A stretch of DNA of 32,000 bases from Candidatus Hadarchaeales archaeon (GTDB lineage Archaea; Hadarchaeota; Hadarchaeia; Hadarchaeales; Hadarchaeaceae): positions 420,001 through 452,000 of the forward strand of contig JAWBCC010000001.1 of assembly GCA_038823825.1 (NCBI GenBank), read 5' to 3'. Position numbers and translations under genes: made by a program. A model generated the notes under the pieces. That model saw only the letters and a program-made list of their open reading frames with translations. It did not search any database and was not told the origin of the DNA. Below, one piece after another: positions 8,778-18,016 of this stretch (position 1 is its first letter; each line of letters opens with the position of its first letter).

Positions 8778-10004
8778 ATGATAGTCTGGCTAGTTTATCT
8801 TGTTGGAATGATTTTATCATGCGCAATGGCGTGGGCCCTAGGAGCAAACGATGCCTCTAATCCGACCGAATGCGCTGTTGGTGCAGGCGTCATTTCCTTA
8901 CGCAAAGCGATCACTCTTTTCGCGATTTTCGCCGCATTGGGCGGAATTTTGATAGGCCCATTCGTGATAAAAACGTTTGACAGGGGACTCGTCGATAGAA
9001 AAACTGGTTTCGAAACCGGCTTGCTCAATAAAGAGACCTTAATTCTCGGGAGCCTGACCTCAGCGCTTGCTACAATCATCTGGGTTGCCGTCTCTACTTG
9101 GCTCGGAATGCCAGTGTCAACAACGCACTCGGCAATCGGAAGCATTCTTGGATTCGGACTCATCGCTTGTCCAAGTCTAATTGGTTGGGGCAAACTGAAA
9201 CTCGTTGCAGTTAGTATCGTCCTTTCTCCCGTTTTATCCGCTCTTTTAGCCGCTTTCTTCTTTTACATCATGAGGCATATCTTTTTGCGAGGTTCAAACA
9301 AAAAGATTTTGCTCACAACGGCTGCAATAGTCTTCTTTATATTCCTCACGACATCCATTTCAATTTTCCAGATTTTTTGGAAGGGTAAAATCTCGGAAAT
9401 TGTCTTTGTCTCAACCATTGCCTCTGTTCTGGGATCATTAATCACCGTTGGATTGATGAAAAGAAAAAAATCAGGGAAAGATTGGAGAGAAGGTTCGCTC
9501 GCATTCTTGCTTATTCTTTCGCTATCTTTTTCGGCTTTCGCGTTTGGCGCAAATGATTTAGCAAATGCAACTGGAGTTTTTGTAACTCCTACAGAGATTC
9601 TAACCGGAAAACCAACTTTAACAACCATGCTAATTCTCGCAATACTTGGAAGCATCTTCATCGCTTTGGGCGGATTCACTTGGGGACCCAAGGTGATCGC
9701 AACGGCGGCCTACAGAATCACAAAACTGGATCCTTTGATGGGATTCTCCGCCGAACTCTCAAATGCCCTGTGCGTTTTCCTCTTCACCACCGTTCCCGCA
9801 TGGTTGACGGGCTTCGGTATACCTATTTCCACCACCCATAGCAGCATCGGTAGCATCATAGGTGTCGGTCTGGCTGCAGGTGGTTTTGGTAGCATCCATA
9901 GGGGGACCACAGGAAAAATCCTTGCCTTCTGGGCACTAACGATTCCTTGCGCAGCGTTTATAAGTATGGGAATTTTCAGATTACTTAGCTGGGTGATCAT
10001 TTGA
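8778..10004 (+). CDS. pit: Inorganic phosphate transporter, PiT family
   Basis: Duplicated signature GANDASNPTECAVGAGVIS / GANDLANATGVFVTP, STTHS(A/S)IG repeats (STTHSAIGSI and STTHSSIGSI), and many TM segments. Confidence 0.95.
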   Translation: MIVWLVYLVGMILSCAMAWALGANDASNPTECAVGAGVISLRKAITLFAIFAALGGILIGPFVIKTFDRGLVDRKTGFETGLLNKETLILGSLTSALATIIWVAVSTWLGMPVSTTHSAIGSILGFGLIACPSLIGWGKLKLVAVSIVLSPVLSALLAAFFFYIMRHIFLRGSNKKILLTTAAIVFFIFLTTSISIFQIFWKGKISEIVFVSTIASVLGSLITVGLMKRKKSGKDWREGSLAFLLILSLSFSAFAFGANDLANATGVFVTPTEILTGKPTLTTMLILAILGSIFIALGGFTWGPKVIATAAYRITKLDPLMGFSAELSNALCVFLFTTVPAWLTGFGIPISTTHSSIGSIIGVGLAAGGFGSIHRGTTGKILAFWALTIPCAAFISMGIFRLLSWVII

Positions 10005-10675
10005 GAAGCGGTCCAATTGCTTGGTTGGGAAGAGGAAGGGAAAAGGAAATCCTAAGACTTTGTGAAACCCACATGCAGAAAATCTGTTCGGTTGTTATCT
10101 CGCTAAACGAAACGATGGAAAACTTTCAGAAGGGGAATCTGCAAGGAAGCAGAAGCTCCTATCGGACTTCCTTTGAGAAGGAAAAAGAAGCCGATGAGAT
10201 AAAGCGTAAAATACTCGTTGAACTTTACGGTAAGGTAATACATCCGCTCGATCAAGAGCATCTTGTTAGGCTCATTTTGACCGCAGATGACATAGCTGCA
10301 AATGCAAAAGCTGCAGCGATGAAAATCGGAACGCTAGCAGATCCGAAGAAAATACCTCCAAACCTCAGAAAACTCATGCTCAATGTTTCAGAGAATCTTG
10401 TCGGAATGGTTATGAAAACTTATGATGCGTTAAAGTTACTTAGAAAAGATAGAGAGTCTGCAATCGCTGTTACAAACGAGATAGAAAAGACCGAGGAATT
10501 GATCGACGACTTCAGAATCAAGAAAATCTTGCCAGAACTGCTTGAATGGTCCAGAAAATGTCAAGATATTGGACAGTATCTGCTCGTTAAGGAAATAATC
10601 GATAACATGGAAAATGTAGCCGACAGATGTGAGGATGTTGCAGATATAATCAGATTTATTGCTTTATCCCTCTGA
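10001..10675 (+). CDS. DUF47 family (PhoU-like) protein partnered with PiT transporter
   Basis: TTG start overlapping the pit stop (TTGA). Helical PhoU-like sequence (EKEADEIKRKILVELYGKVIHPLDQEHLVRLILTADDIA). Confidence 0.9.
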   Translation: MRSGPIAWLGRGREKEILRLCETHMQKICSVVISLNETMENFQKGNLQGSRSSYRTSFEKEKEADEIKRKILVELYGKVIHPLDQEHLVRLILTADDIAANAKAAAMKIGTLADPKKIPPNLRKLMLNVSENLVGMVMKTYDALKLLRKDRESAIAVTNEIEKTEELIDDFRIKKILPELLEWSRKCQDIGQYLLVKEIIDNMENVADRCEDVADIIRFIALSL

Positions 10676-10677
10676 AT

Positions 10678-11433
10678 TTAGCCGATGTAGAATAACTCTT
10701 CACTTTCCCTTCTCTTCTCTTCCCTTCTCTCCATCTCACTCTTTAACTTGCGCATCATCTCCTCTATTTCCTTCGCGCGTATCTCCAAATTTTCAAAACT
10801 AACCGAAAGCCCCAGTATTTGTAAAAGCACGGTTAAAACTGCCTTAGCTGCACGTGCATCTGCAATCATTCCCATTGTTTCTCCCAAGAGACAGAGACCT
10901 TTTATCCCGCGCAGTTTTCCGAGACCAATGAGCAGCCCTGCCGCACCAATGATCGGTCCGGCCAATCTGTCTGATATCGCTCCGAATTTCTCTGCTTTTT
11001 TGACAAGACTTGCGTCTCCTAGAGCAATAACTCTTGGGGTGTTTATCACATACTCGCCAGTCGCGAGTCCACCTAACGTAAACATCTGTTTAACCCCTCT
11101 CTGCTCCAAGAAATCCAAGACCTTCTCGACAACCCGATAGTGTCCCTCTGACCCGAACGGCTGAACATCTCCCACCCAGAATATGTAATCTCTTCCGCCA
11201 GCTTGCGCATGATAGAGCTCGTTCCTCAGTAGTCTCATCGTCCCGTCCGGTTCTATCACAACATGATGAGGAAAAGAGGAGGAATATATTTCTGCAAACT
11301 TCTCTGCCTTCAGCTGCGTGATGAGATGTTCCACGGCTATCTTTCCGACGTGCCCCATGCCGGGCAATCCCTCTACCAAAATTGGATTCCTAAACTTTTT
11401 AGTTGCCAGCAGATGAATCACTGTTTCGCGCAT
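10678..11433 (-). CDS. PAC2 family proteasome assembly chaperone-like protein
   Basis: NPILVEGLPGMGHVGKIAVEHLI, GGLATGE and GAAGLLIGLGKLRGIKGLCLLGETMG are typical of the archaeal PAC2 family. Confidence 0.9.
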   Translation of the reverse strand: MRETVIHLLATKKFRNPILVEGLPGMGHVGKIAVEHLITQLKAEKFAEIYSSSFPHHVVIEPDGTMRLLRNELYHAQAGGRDYIFWVGDVQPFGSEGHYRVVEKVLDFLEQRGVKQMFTLGGLATGEYVINTPRVIALGDASLVKKAEKFGAISDRLAGPIIGAAGLLIGLGKLRGIKGLCLLGETMGMIADARAAKAVLTVLLQILGLSVSFENLEIRAKEIEEMMRKLKSEMERREEKRRESEELFYIG

Positions 11434-11585
11434 TCATACCCCTTCTTTAACATTCTTCTGTATTTCCCGTACGGATCGAGCGGAGAAAAACGTGGAGGAT
11501 GGGGAGTCGATGTCTCTCCTCCACATGCAGGACATCTCTCTCTCAAAGTGTATCTGCCACAAGATTTGCACCGTTTGATTTTCAC
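11418..11585 (-). CDS. nop10: H/ACA RNP component Nop10 (55 aa; absent from the supplied ORF track)
   Basis: Manual translation from GTG at 11585: MKIKRCKSCGRYTLRERCPACGGETSTPHPPRFSPLDPYGKYRRMLKKGYECAKQ*. Matches Nop10 (zinc ribbon plus P-x-RFSPxDPYGKYR). Lies between eIF2alpha and PAC2 as in many archaea. Confidence 0.96.
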   Translation of the reverse strand: MKIKRCKSCGRYTLRERCPACGGETSTPHPPRFSPLDPYGKYRRMLKKGYECAKQ

Positions 11586-11587
11586 AT

Positions 11588-12376
11588 TTATCCCCTTATA
11601 AACTCCCCATTCCCTCCCGCCCTTTTTATAGCCTCTATCGCAACGTCTGCCGCCTGTTTCATCACAGCCTCGGCCGTTTTGTAAGATGGTGCAGTCACGT
11701 TTATCCTATAGCGCGGTGGACTTTCCACATATATCTCTATTTTTGCATCAGCAGTTGCAGAAGCTTTGGCAGCGAGCAAGGCGGCTCTTATTGCTTCCAC
11801 ACCATTTGGCCGGTGAGAAGAAAGAACAAGCGTTCCAGAAATCTTGTAAAGGGGTGTTTCTATGTTTTCTTTGGCAATTTTCGCAAGTATCTTTATCCAT
11901 TTTTTATTCTCAATCACGCCGTCCAACGCATGCTCATCTTTTGCCAAGGCCTCGAATGCACCATATAGATCGCCAAATTTTTCCTGAAGCTTAAACCCAA
12001 TTTCCTCATATGCCTCATCCAAAGTTTTCTTCATCTTTTTTGCTGCAATTTCAAGGAGTTTTTCTGCTCTTTGCTCAAGCTTAATGCGCTCAATTTTCCA
12101 TCTTTTTTCGCTTTCCTTTACCCTACGTAAGGATAGATCTATCGCTCCACGAACCGGGTCTACAGAAAGAACCCGGCATACGATTTTTTGTCCTTCTCTA
12201 ACATGATCGCGGATGTTCTTTATCCAACCTGAAGCCACCTCCGAGATGTGAATCATTCCTTCCTTCCCGCCATACTCATCCAAGGTTACATAAGCCGCTT
12301 GAGGAAAGACTTTCGTAACCGTACAGAGAACCAACTCATCTAGAGAGGGCCACTCGGATCTCTTTCTCGGCATCAA
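11588..12376 (-). CDS. eif2a: Translation initiation factor aIF2 subunit alpha
   Basis: N-terminal S1 domain (ELVLCTVTKVFPQAAYVTLDEYGGKEGMIHISEVASGWIKNIRDHVREGQKIVCRVLSVDPVRGAIDLSLRRV). Confidence 0.97.
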   Translation of the reverse strand: MMPRKRSEWPSLDELVLCTVTKVFPQAAYVTLDEYGGKEGMIHISEVASGWIKNIRDHVREGQKIVCRVLSVDPVRGAIDLSLRRVKESEKRWKIERIKLEQRAEKLLEIAAKKMKKTLDEAYEEIGFKLQEKFGDLYGAFEALAKDEHALDGVIENKKWIKILAKIAKENIETPLYKISGTLVLSSHRPNGVEAIRAALLAAKASATADAKIEIYVESPPRYRINVTAPSYKTAEAVMKQAADVAIEAIKRAGGNGEFIRG

Positions 12377-12555
12377 CTCATCTCTCCGAGGATAACCCCC
12401 TTTATTTCGGCTTTTCCTCCTTTAGGAACAGCAAGAGTCTTCTCACATATTCGACATTTCACGATAGTGCTTGCGTGACTAAAAACCAATTGCTCGTTGC
12501 CGCATCCGGTACATCTGACGCGAAGAAAAGTTGCTTTCTTTTTCATCTCACTCAC
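12373..12555 (-). CDS. rps27e: Ribosomal protein eS27
   Basis: TFLRVRCTGCGNEQLVFSHASTIVKCRICEKTLAVPKGGKAEIKG zinc ribbon. Confidence 0.96.
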   Translation of the reverse strand: MSEMKKKATFLRVRCTGCGNEQLVFSHASTIVKCRICEKTLAVPKGGKAEIKGVILGEMS

Positions 12556-12838
12556 CTATTTGGACTTTCTTCGCTCTGAAGCCGGTGCGGGGATGAGCCT
12601 TGCCACACTCAGAACACCTAAGAAGCCAAGCAAATTTCTTTGTTGTCTTGAAAAATTTTTTCTGTTCAGATCTCGGCTGGCTACCGTAACCCTTGCTTAT
12701 TCTTTCGAATTGCCTCTGTCCCCAACTGAGAGACCTCGCCTTATGTTTCTTTGCCTGCGAAACCGTGTGCTCGGTATGTTTTTTACAGTGGGGACAATAC
12801 GTCCGGATTTTTTTTGGAAGCTTCATCGTCTCTGTCAA
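12548..12838 (-). CDS. rpl44e: Ribosomal protein eL42 (L44e)
   Basis: MKLPKKIRTYCPHCKKHTEHTVSQAKKHKARSLSWGQRQFER... with KKFAWLLRCSECGKAHPRTGFRAKKVQI. Confidence 0.96.
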   Translation of the reverse strand: MTETMKLPKKIRTYCPHCKKHTEHTVSQAKKHKARSLSWGQRQFERISKGYGSQPRSEQKKFFKTTKKFAWLLRCSECGKAHPRTGFRAKKVQIGE

Positions 12839-12877
12839 AATACTCGTTATCTACATAAAAGCCTGTTTTTCAAGATT

Positions 12878-13420
12878 TTACGACGGATGTATTTCCTCAG
12901 CGAACCTGTGTTTTATCACGAGCTCTGCGTTTTCCGCTGGCAAGTTTGCTATGTCTCCCGCGTCGAATGGTCCATAAATTTTCCCATCTACACCTACTAT
13001 TTTTTGTGAAATCCCTAGGCGAAAAACAACTAACCTTCTCACACAGGCTCCCGGAATCTTTATCGTTATTTTTTCTTCCGAAACCAGCGATCTTCGTATT
13101 TCTGCGAGAAGTCGGTTCACTTCTGAGAATTTTTCGCGTTCGATCTCAACCAAGTTCTGGGGAGCTCTTCCAGTTAGAATCAGAATAATTGCCTTTGTAG
13201 TTCTGACCGAAAACAAAAGCTCGGTCAGCCTAATCGCCTCTGAAAGCTGCCGCTCGGCCAATGCCTTTTCTAGCCCCCTCTTCTGCTGTATTTCCATTTT
13301 CAATTTTTCCAAAAGTTTACAAACATCCTGCACGAACCCGTCCGCAAGCTTTTCCACATCTTTTGAATTCATCTCGCGTTTGCATATTTCCGCAAGTTCG
13401 TCTAATGTCAAATCCTTCAA
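12878..13420 (-). CDS. gins51: GINS complex subunit, Gins51-like
   Basis: Helical N-terminal domain plus C-terminal B domain (VGVDGKIYGPFDAGDIANLPAENAELVIKHRFAEEI), immediately upstream-coupled to priS. Confidence 0.85.
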   Translation of the reverse strand: MKDLTLDELAEICKREMNSKDVEKLADGFVQDVCKLLEKLKMEIQQKRGLEKALAERQLSEAIRLTELLFSVRTTKAIILILTGRAPQNLVEIEREKFSEVNRLLAEIRRSLVSEEKITIKIPGACVRRLVVFRLGISQKIVGVDGKIYGPFDAGDIANLPAENAELVIKHRFAEEIHPS

Positions 13421-14364
13421 TGTTCCACCTCCATCAGGAACTTCGGTACTGCATCGTCTGGATGAAACTTTTCAATGTTCTTTATGACCATACATTTTCT
13501 GCTCACACCTGAATGAAGGCTAGACGGCAGCCTGAGTATACGTTTTGTGTCCACCGTTACTTTGCCGTCAGTGAGCTGAAAATTCATTTTTGCGAGAAAC
13601 TGGAGAAGTTTCTGAATGGTTCCAACTCCTATTTCTCCTGGTCTGAGAATTTCCTCTATTTGTCCTGCTTTTATTTTCTCAATGATTTTGCTTTTCTCTG
13701 CGAGAATTTTACTCAAAACCCTTCTCGATTTTATAGCATCTTTGAGTTCGTCCTCCCGAACTTTTTCCAGCATATACGCGATCCTTTTTCTGAATATCCT
13801 TGAATATCCGAAGGATATCGTCAAATCTGAAGGAATCACGCCTCCAACGATATAACTGACCATTTGATCACGTTCACTCGCACCCAAGAGCATTGCTGGC
13901 TCATCAGTTGTCCTCATGTGAAAACCTCTCCCAGAGTAAACAAAGTGTATATCCCGGAAGCCGAAATCCGATTTCAGAACATCCGAAAACTCGATTGCCA
14001 ACTGCTTAGCTTCCATTATACATTTCTCGCAGACCTCTCCTTTAGGACATCCGCAACTTTTTACAGGCAGGTCTTTTGCGTCTATGTCAAAAACCAATTC
14101 GGCTTTGATCCACCCCTCTCTTTGTTTCGGATTCTGATAGAGACAGACGCTCGAATACGCCGCATGAGGTGCTTTCGACTTCAGGAAATTTGCCAAGTCC
14201 TCGATCGTGAGAAACTGAATATACCTATAGTTTGGGCCTGTTCCATCCAAATCAAATCCAAATTCTCTCATGGAGAGAGTATGAAGAAGGAAATCTGGCA
14301 GATCCTCCTTTTTCCATTCCTCAGCGTAAAACCTACGCCTCTCCTCCGGTTTTGCCTCTCTCAT
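13417..14364 (-). CDS. priS: DNA primase small (catalytic) subunit PriS
   Basis: LVFDIDAKDL catalytic motif, HFVYSGRGFHMR, VTVDTKRILRLPSSLHSGV. ATG at 14364 (MREAKPEERRRFYAEEW) aligns with known PriS N termini better than the GTG at 14379. Confidence 0.95.
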   Translation of the reverse strand: MREAKPEERRRFYAEEWKKEDLPDFLLHTLSMREFGFDLDGTGPNYRYIQFLTIEDLANFLKSKAPHAAYSSVCLYQNPKQREGWIKAELVFDIDAKDLPVKSCGCPKGEVCEKCIMEAKQLAIEFSDVLKSDFGFRDIHFVYSGRGFHMRTTDEPAMLLGASERDQMVSYIVGGVIPSDLTISFGYSRIFRKRIAYMLEKVREDELKDAIKSRRVLSKILAEKSKIIEKIKAGQIEEILRPGEIGVGTIQKLLQFLAKMNFQLTDGKVTVDTKRILRLPSSLHSGVSRKCMVIKNIEKFHPDDAVPKFLMEVEH

Positions 14365-15625
14365 TATCACGCACGCCACCTCTGAACTTCTCCCTCTTCT
14401 TCAGAAAGTAATACGTGAGCGGATTCTTCACGTTTTTGCACATATCATCCGGTTTACAGAGCAGTGGAGCCGAGGACCTTATCTTGGAACAATTTGGAAC
14501 CATATACCATTTTGATCTCCCGGAATCCTCGATTTTCGGCTCGGTCGTCATCCCAAAGCCAAGATGATAGAAAATATTTGCTTTCTCCTGCGGTTGATCT
14601 TGGAAGAGGGGCGGGTTACAACGATTCGCCGCCTCTACTATGAGCGGGACGATTTCTTGAGTAACTATCGATATGTCTTTCACGAAATCAGATATCTTGT
14701 TTGAAGCCTTACCAGACGGCGCAATTCTTGCATATGAAAGAAACGATGTGAGAAGCATGACGACTCCAAAGTTTCTCAAGCCGTGACTCACACCATTCAT
14801 GACGGCTGAGACACAGGGAGGAAAACAGTCGGGTAAAAGTTTACCCGCCATGCGTCTGGTGTCGACCGCAATAGCTGGCGCCCTTGGCACCATCTTGGAT
14901 ATCCGTTCACCAACTGTGAGCAAGAGGGGATGCGGCTCTCCACCCTCCTGTAATTTTTCAAATACTTCCTGGATGTATCGCTCTGTTTTGACATACATAA
15001 GCTCCGAATAGAGGTCCCACAAATCACGAAGAGAAACTATTGCCCAGCCACTGACCATGTGAAGATCTGTAACTTGTAACCTCCCATGAGCAATAAGGGG
15101 AGAAAGATCATGCCATCTAACAGCCAAAGACGGCATATACTGGGGAAGAAGATGATCATCCACCTCCTTCAGCCCATCCTTCTTTAAGCGCAAATCTCGT
15201 ATCTTCCTAAGGTCGTTTTCATCAAAATTCATGCCAAGAGCTTTGGAGAGTTCTTGAAGTGTCAGATTTTTTATCTGCCCACTGATTGCTTTGAGACAGA
15301 AGTCTCCCTCTCCTTTTCTGAATAAGTTGTAAAGCCTGTACCTTATTGTGTCTCTCGTCTTTTCTGCCACAAACTGAACTTCCCTAGAATAAGGCATAGA
15401 CACAGAAGCAGTTGCCTGCATCGCCAGATAGAATGAGAGTATTTCGTTCTCAACAGCTCTCTCATTTGGTTCAACGATACATTCACTCGTCTTCCATTTC
15501 AAGCGATCTACTGCAAGTTCTATGATTTCCTGAGGCATAGAATCCAAGGGGGGTGCTTTAGCTACTATTTTCTTCGCTTCTTCGCCGAATGGGTCCAGCA
15601 CTGGAAGGTAGAAATCTGACAGCAT
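14333..15625 (-). CDS. priL: DNA primase large subunit PriL
   Basis: Adjacent to priS. C-terminal Fe-S Cys pattern (DCFPPCVSAVMNG ... NCSKIRSSAPLLCKPDDMCKNVKNPLTYYF). Confidence 0.93.
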   Translation of the reverse strand: MLSDFYLPVLDPFGEEAKKIVAKAPPLDSMPQEIIELAVDRLKWKTSECIVEPNERAVENEILSFYLAMQATASVSMPYSREVQFVAEKTRDTIRYRLYNLFRKGEGDFCLKAISGQIKNLTLQELSKALGMNFDENDLRKIRDLRLKKDGLKEVDDHLLPQYMPSLAVRWHDLSPLIAHGRLQVTDLHMVSGWAIVSLRDLWDLYSELMYVKTERYIQEVFEKLQEGGEPHPLLLTVGERISKMVPRAPAIAVDTRRMAGKLLPDCFPPCVSAVMNGVSHGLRNFGVVMLLTSFLSYARIAPSGKASNKISDFVKDISIVTQEIVPLIVEAANRCNPPLFQDQPQEKANIFYHLGFGMTTEPKIEDSGRSKWYMVPNCSKIRSSAPLLCKPDDMCKNVKNPLTYYFLKKREKFRGGVRDNERGKTGGEA

Positions 15626-15653
15626 CCGAATTCCATTTGGTGGAGCTGATTAA

Positions 15654-16385
15654 TTAAGCCTCAATTAGCGGGGCTAGGAAGAACCTCAGTTTTCCCTTTT
15701 CGAGTTTCATCTCCATCTCTAGCGGAAGATCGGTGCCAAGTTTCAAAATGATTTCATCCGAAGAAGACGCTCCTTTTACCATCTTCAGAAGATATTCTAG
15801 TTCGAACTTCGCACTCGTGTTTTGCTTCACATCAAGTTTTGTAAGTGCCGCGTCTCCCTCTTTCAATCTCAATTCCGAAGAGCCTTTCTTACCCTCAGCC
15901 GAAATAACAAACTCGCCTTTCTTTGCCATAATGAGAACGCTTTCGGACACCATTTCAGCGTCCTTTAGACCATCTATAAGCACTTCTGCCGTAAGCCCAA
16001 CTTCTGCCGTGAATTGTATTTTTGGCTCCGATACCTCTTCTTCTTCAACATTGATTATTGGAATTCCGAGTTTTCTCGTAGAAGCCCCGCGGAAAGTTAA
16101 AAGGAGTCTGCTCCCATCTTCAGAAATCTCCAATGTTAACTCTTCCCCGCTCTTCATTCTACTCAAAGCTTTCTCGAAGTCGACGAGATTTACACCGATT
16201 ATCATTTCATCTGTGACATCGTATTCGTCAAATGCATCAGCTGGAAGCTCGAAATCTACCATCGCTATTCTCGAGGGATCCAACGCCCGCATACTAACAC
16301 CTTTTGGTGTAAACCTGAAAGCTGATTCCTCAATCAACTCTACTATCGATCCGATGGCATTTTTCAAAATCTTCGGTTCAGCCAT
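15654..16385 (-). CDS. pcn: DNA polymerase sliding clamp PCNA
   Basis: SIVELIEESAFRFTPKGVSMRALDPSRIAMVDFELPADAFDEY plus the C-terminal FELEYLLKMVKG...LPLEMEMKLEKGKLRFFLAPLIEA. Internal ATG at 16385 (MAEPKIL) is preferred over the track start at 16400. Confidence 0.97.
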   Translation of the reverse strand: MAEPKILKNAIGSIVELIEESAFRFTPKGVSMRALDPSRIAMVDFELPADAFDEYDVTDEMIIGVNLVDFEKALSRMKSGEELTLEISEDGSRLLLTFRGASTRKLGIPIINVEEEEVSEPKIQFTAEVGLTAEVLIDGLKDAEMVSESVLIMAKKGEFVISAEGKKGSSELRLKEGDAALTKLDVKQNTSAKFELEYLLKMVKGASSSDEIILKLGTDLPLEMEMKLEKGKLRFFLAPLIEA

Positions 16386-16393
16386 TCGCATCT

Positions 16394-16732
16394 TTACCAT
16401 TCAAGTCCCTCCTCAAACCTAGAAATTTCTTGCCGAACTTCTCTATAAAGCTGTACGTTCAGGCCGTCCATCTTCTGAATTATGTCGATTTGAAGTTTTG
16501 TCTCCCCCATACCGACTGGGAAACCGAACACTCTGATAACAGAGCCAGGGCGGATGTCCTGCAAAAGGATGGGATCTTTTACAAAACAAGAAATTTGTCC
16601 GGTTTCGTCTGCTATTACTAAATCCACTTCACCTGTCTCGACCACCGTGCCTAAAACCCTCACTCGACCATCTGTTGATGAAATTTCCGAAATCCTCTTC
16701 TCTTTATAAGGCGAGCGTACAAACATGTTCAT
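16394..16732 (-). CDS. Small stand-alone OB-fold nucleic-acid-binding protein (unknown function)
   Basis: RVRVLGTVVETGEVDLVIADETGQISCFVKDPILLQDIRPGSVIRVFGFPVGMGETKLQIDIIQKMDGLN resembles an RPA/tRNA-anticodon type OB-fold. ATG at 16732 overlaps the tfs stop as ATGA. Confidence 0.75.
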   Translation of the reverse strand: MNMFVRSPYKEKRISEISSTDGRVRVLGTVVETGEVDLVIADETGQISCFVKDPILLQDIRPGSVIRVFGFPVGMGETKLQIDIIQKMDGLNVQLYREVRQEISRFEEGLEW

Positions 16733-17043
16733 ACGTATTCTCTCCAGACTTTTCCACACTTCACACATTTATAAAACCTGGTGGATGGCTCGTCCGCGGC
16801 CCTTGTCTGTCTTATCCACCAGTAAGCTCTATCTGCGCCACAGTTCGGGCAAATCACGTGGGTTGTTGGAGCTAGTTCCCCTCTTTTTTCTACGACTATA
16901 ACGTCCGCTTCCTTTGTGGAAATTTTTCGCTTATCTTCCTGACTAGCCTGCTCCCGATATCCGCAGGAGTTGCAGACCAACATGAGTCTCCTGCCGATCT
17001 CTTGAGGTAGCATCACTCCCCCACAGCGTTTACACTTCTGCAT
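16729..17043 (-). CDS. tfs: Transcription elongation factor TFS (TFIIS/RPB9-like)
   Basis: N-terminal zinc ribbon CKRCGGVMLPQ...CNSCG and C-terminal CPNCGADRAYWWIRQTRAADEPSTRFYKCVKCGKVWREY with the catalytic DE pair. Confidence 0.95.
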   Translation of the reverse strand: MQKCKRCGGVMLPQEIGRRLMLVCNSCGYREQASQEDKRKISTKEADVIVVEKRGELAPTTHVICPNCGADRAYWWIRQTRAADEPSTRFYKCVKCGKVWREYV

Positions 17044-17438
17044 TATTTTCTATTCAGACCGGCGTCAATTAAAATCTTAGCGTGGTCAAAAGCAAGTCTT
17101 TTCCACGGAATCTTCTTAAAAATTCGGACTTCGGCGGCATCTGAACCAGCGCGCATCTTTCCACTAACTACCTTTGCCAGGAAGCATATGCTTACGACAT
17201 GCCCACGAGGATCGCGAGACGGATCAGAATACACTCCAAGTAGTTTCTCTATTTCAACTTCAAGCCCAGTTTCCTCTTTAACTTCTCTGGTTAGCGCCTC
17301 CTCCACCTTTTCCCCATATTTGACAAAACCTCCCGGAAGCGCCCATTTCCCTCGAAAAGGAGGATTCTTCCTCCTCACCAAAACAATGCCATTCTTCGCT
17401 TTTATCACGGCGTCCACGGCTAATCTAGGCGAGGTCAT
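17043..17438 (-). CDS. NUDIX hydrolase (ADP-ribose pyrophosphatase-like)
   Basis: Perfect Nudix box GGFVKYGEKVEEALTREVKEETGLEVE. Start taken at the ATG at 17438, which overlaps the upstream stop as TAATG. Confidence 0.93.
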   Translation of the reverse strand: MTSPRLAVDAVIKAKNGIVLVRRKNPPFRGKWALPGGFVKYGEKVEEALTREVKEETGLEVEIEKLLGVYSDPSRDPRGHVVSICFLAKVVSGKMRAGSDAAEVRIFKKIPWKRLAFDHAKILIDAGLNRK

Positions 17439-18016
17439 TATCTTCCCTGTACAATTATGGAAGGCCATCCTAGTTTTGGAACCACATAAACAACTTTACC
17501 GATGATATCTTCTGGTTGTATCTCTCGCTCTTGCGGAAGGGGAAATGGGTTGTGATCCCCTTTGGTTATCAGCCTTATCTCTCCGTCTTTCTGCCAGATT
17601 GCGAGAACCCGGTGAGTCATGGGGAGCCCACCATTTTTACCCCTCATTACTATCACATCACCGACAGAGATTTCGGATATGGAAGAGACTCCTTTAACAA
17701 TTATCAGATCTCCTCTTTGAAAACCTTCCTTAACCGGAAACTTGGAAGTATCGTAAGTACGTAAAACATCCTCCGTAAGAGGTATACCATATTTACTGAG
17801 GAGCCACCTTCTTTCTTCTCGATTCTCGAAGTAAACCCTCCAATTAGGATTATCCTTATGACTCATGCTATCTGAAACCACAGACATCCAGAAAGATGTG
17901 GTTCCAGCGGCTAAGGTTGCGAAGGAAACCATAAAGCTGTATACCAGTAGGAGAGAAAGAACAGTTCCGAGAAGATTTTTAATTTTAGAGCTTCTCTTAC
18001 GTTTATGGCCCGCCAT
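17438..18016 (-). CDS. sec11: Signal peptidase I, archaeal/ER type (S26B)
   Basis: SVVSDSMSHKDNPNWRVYF (catalytic Ser), KEGFQRGDLIIVKG, and ITKGDHNPFPLPQ (His in place of Lys), with N-terminal TM helix. Confidence 0.93.
   Translation of the reverse strand: MAGHKRKRSSKIKNLLGTVLSLLLVYSFMVSFATLAAGTTSFWMSVVSDSMSHKDNPNWRVYFENREERRWLLSKYGIPLTEDVLRTYDTSKFPVKEGFQRGDLIIVKGVSSISEISVGDVIVMRGKNGGLPMTHRVLAIWQKDGEIRLITKGDHNPFPLPQEREIQPEDIIGKVVYVVPKLGWPSIIVQGR

Noticed and set aside
10001-10675. Considered whether this is a toxin, defence or unknown protein after the permease
   Set aside because: Sequence and TTGA coupling fit the well-known PiT-DUF47 pair.
13864-14385. 173-aa plus-strand ORF antisense to priS
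   Set aside because: Shadow of a conserved gene with no family signal.
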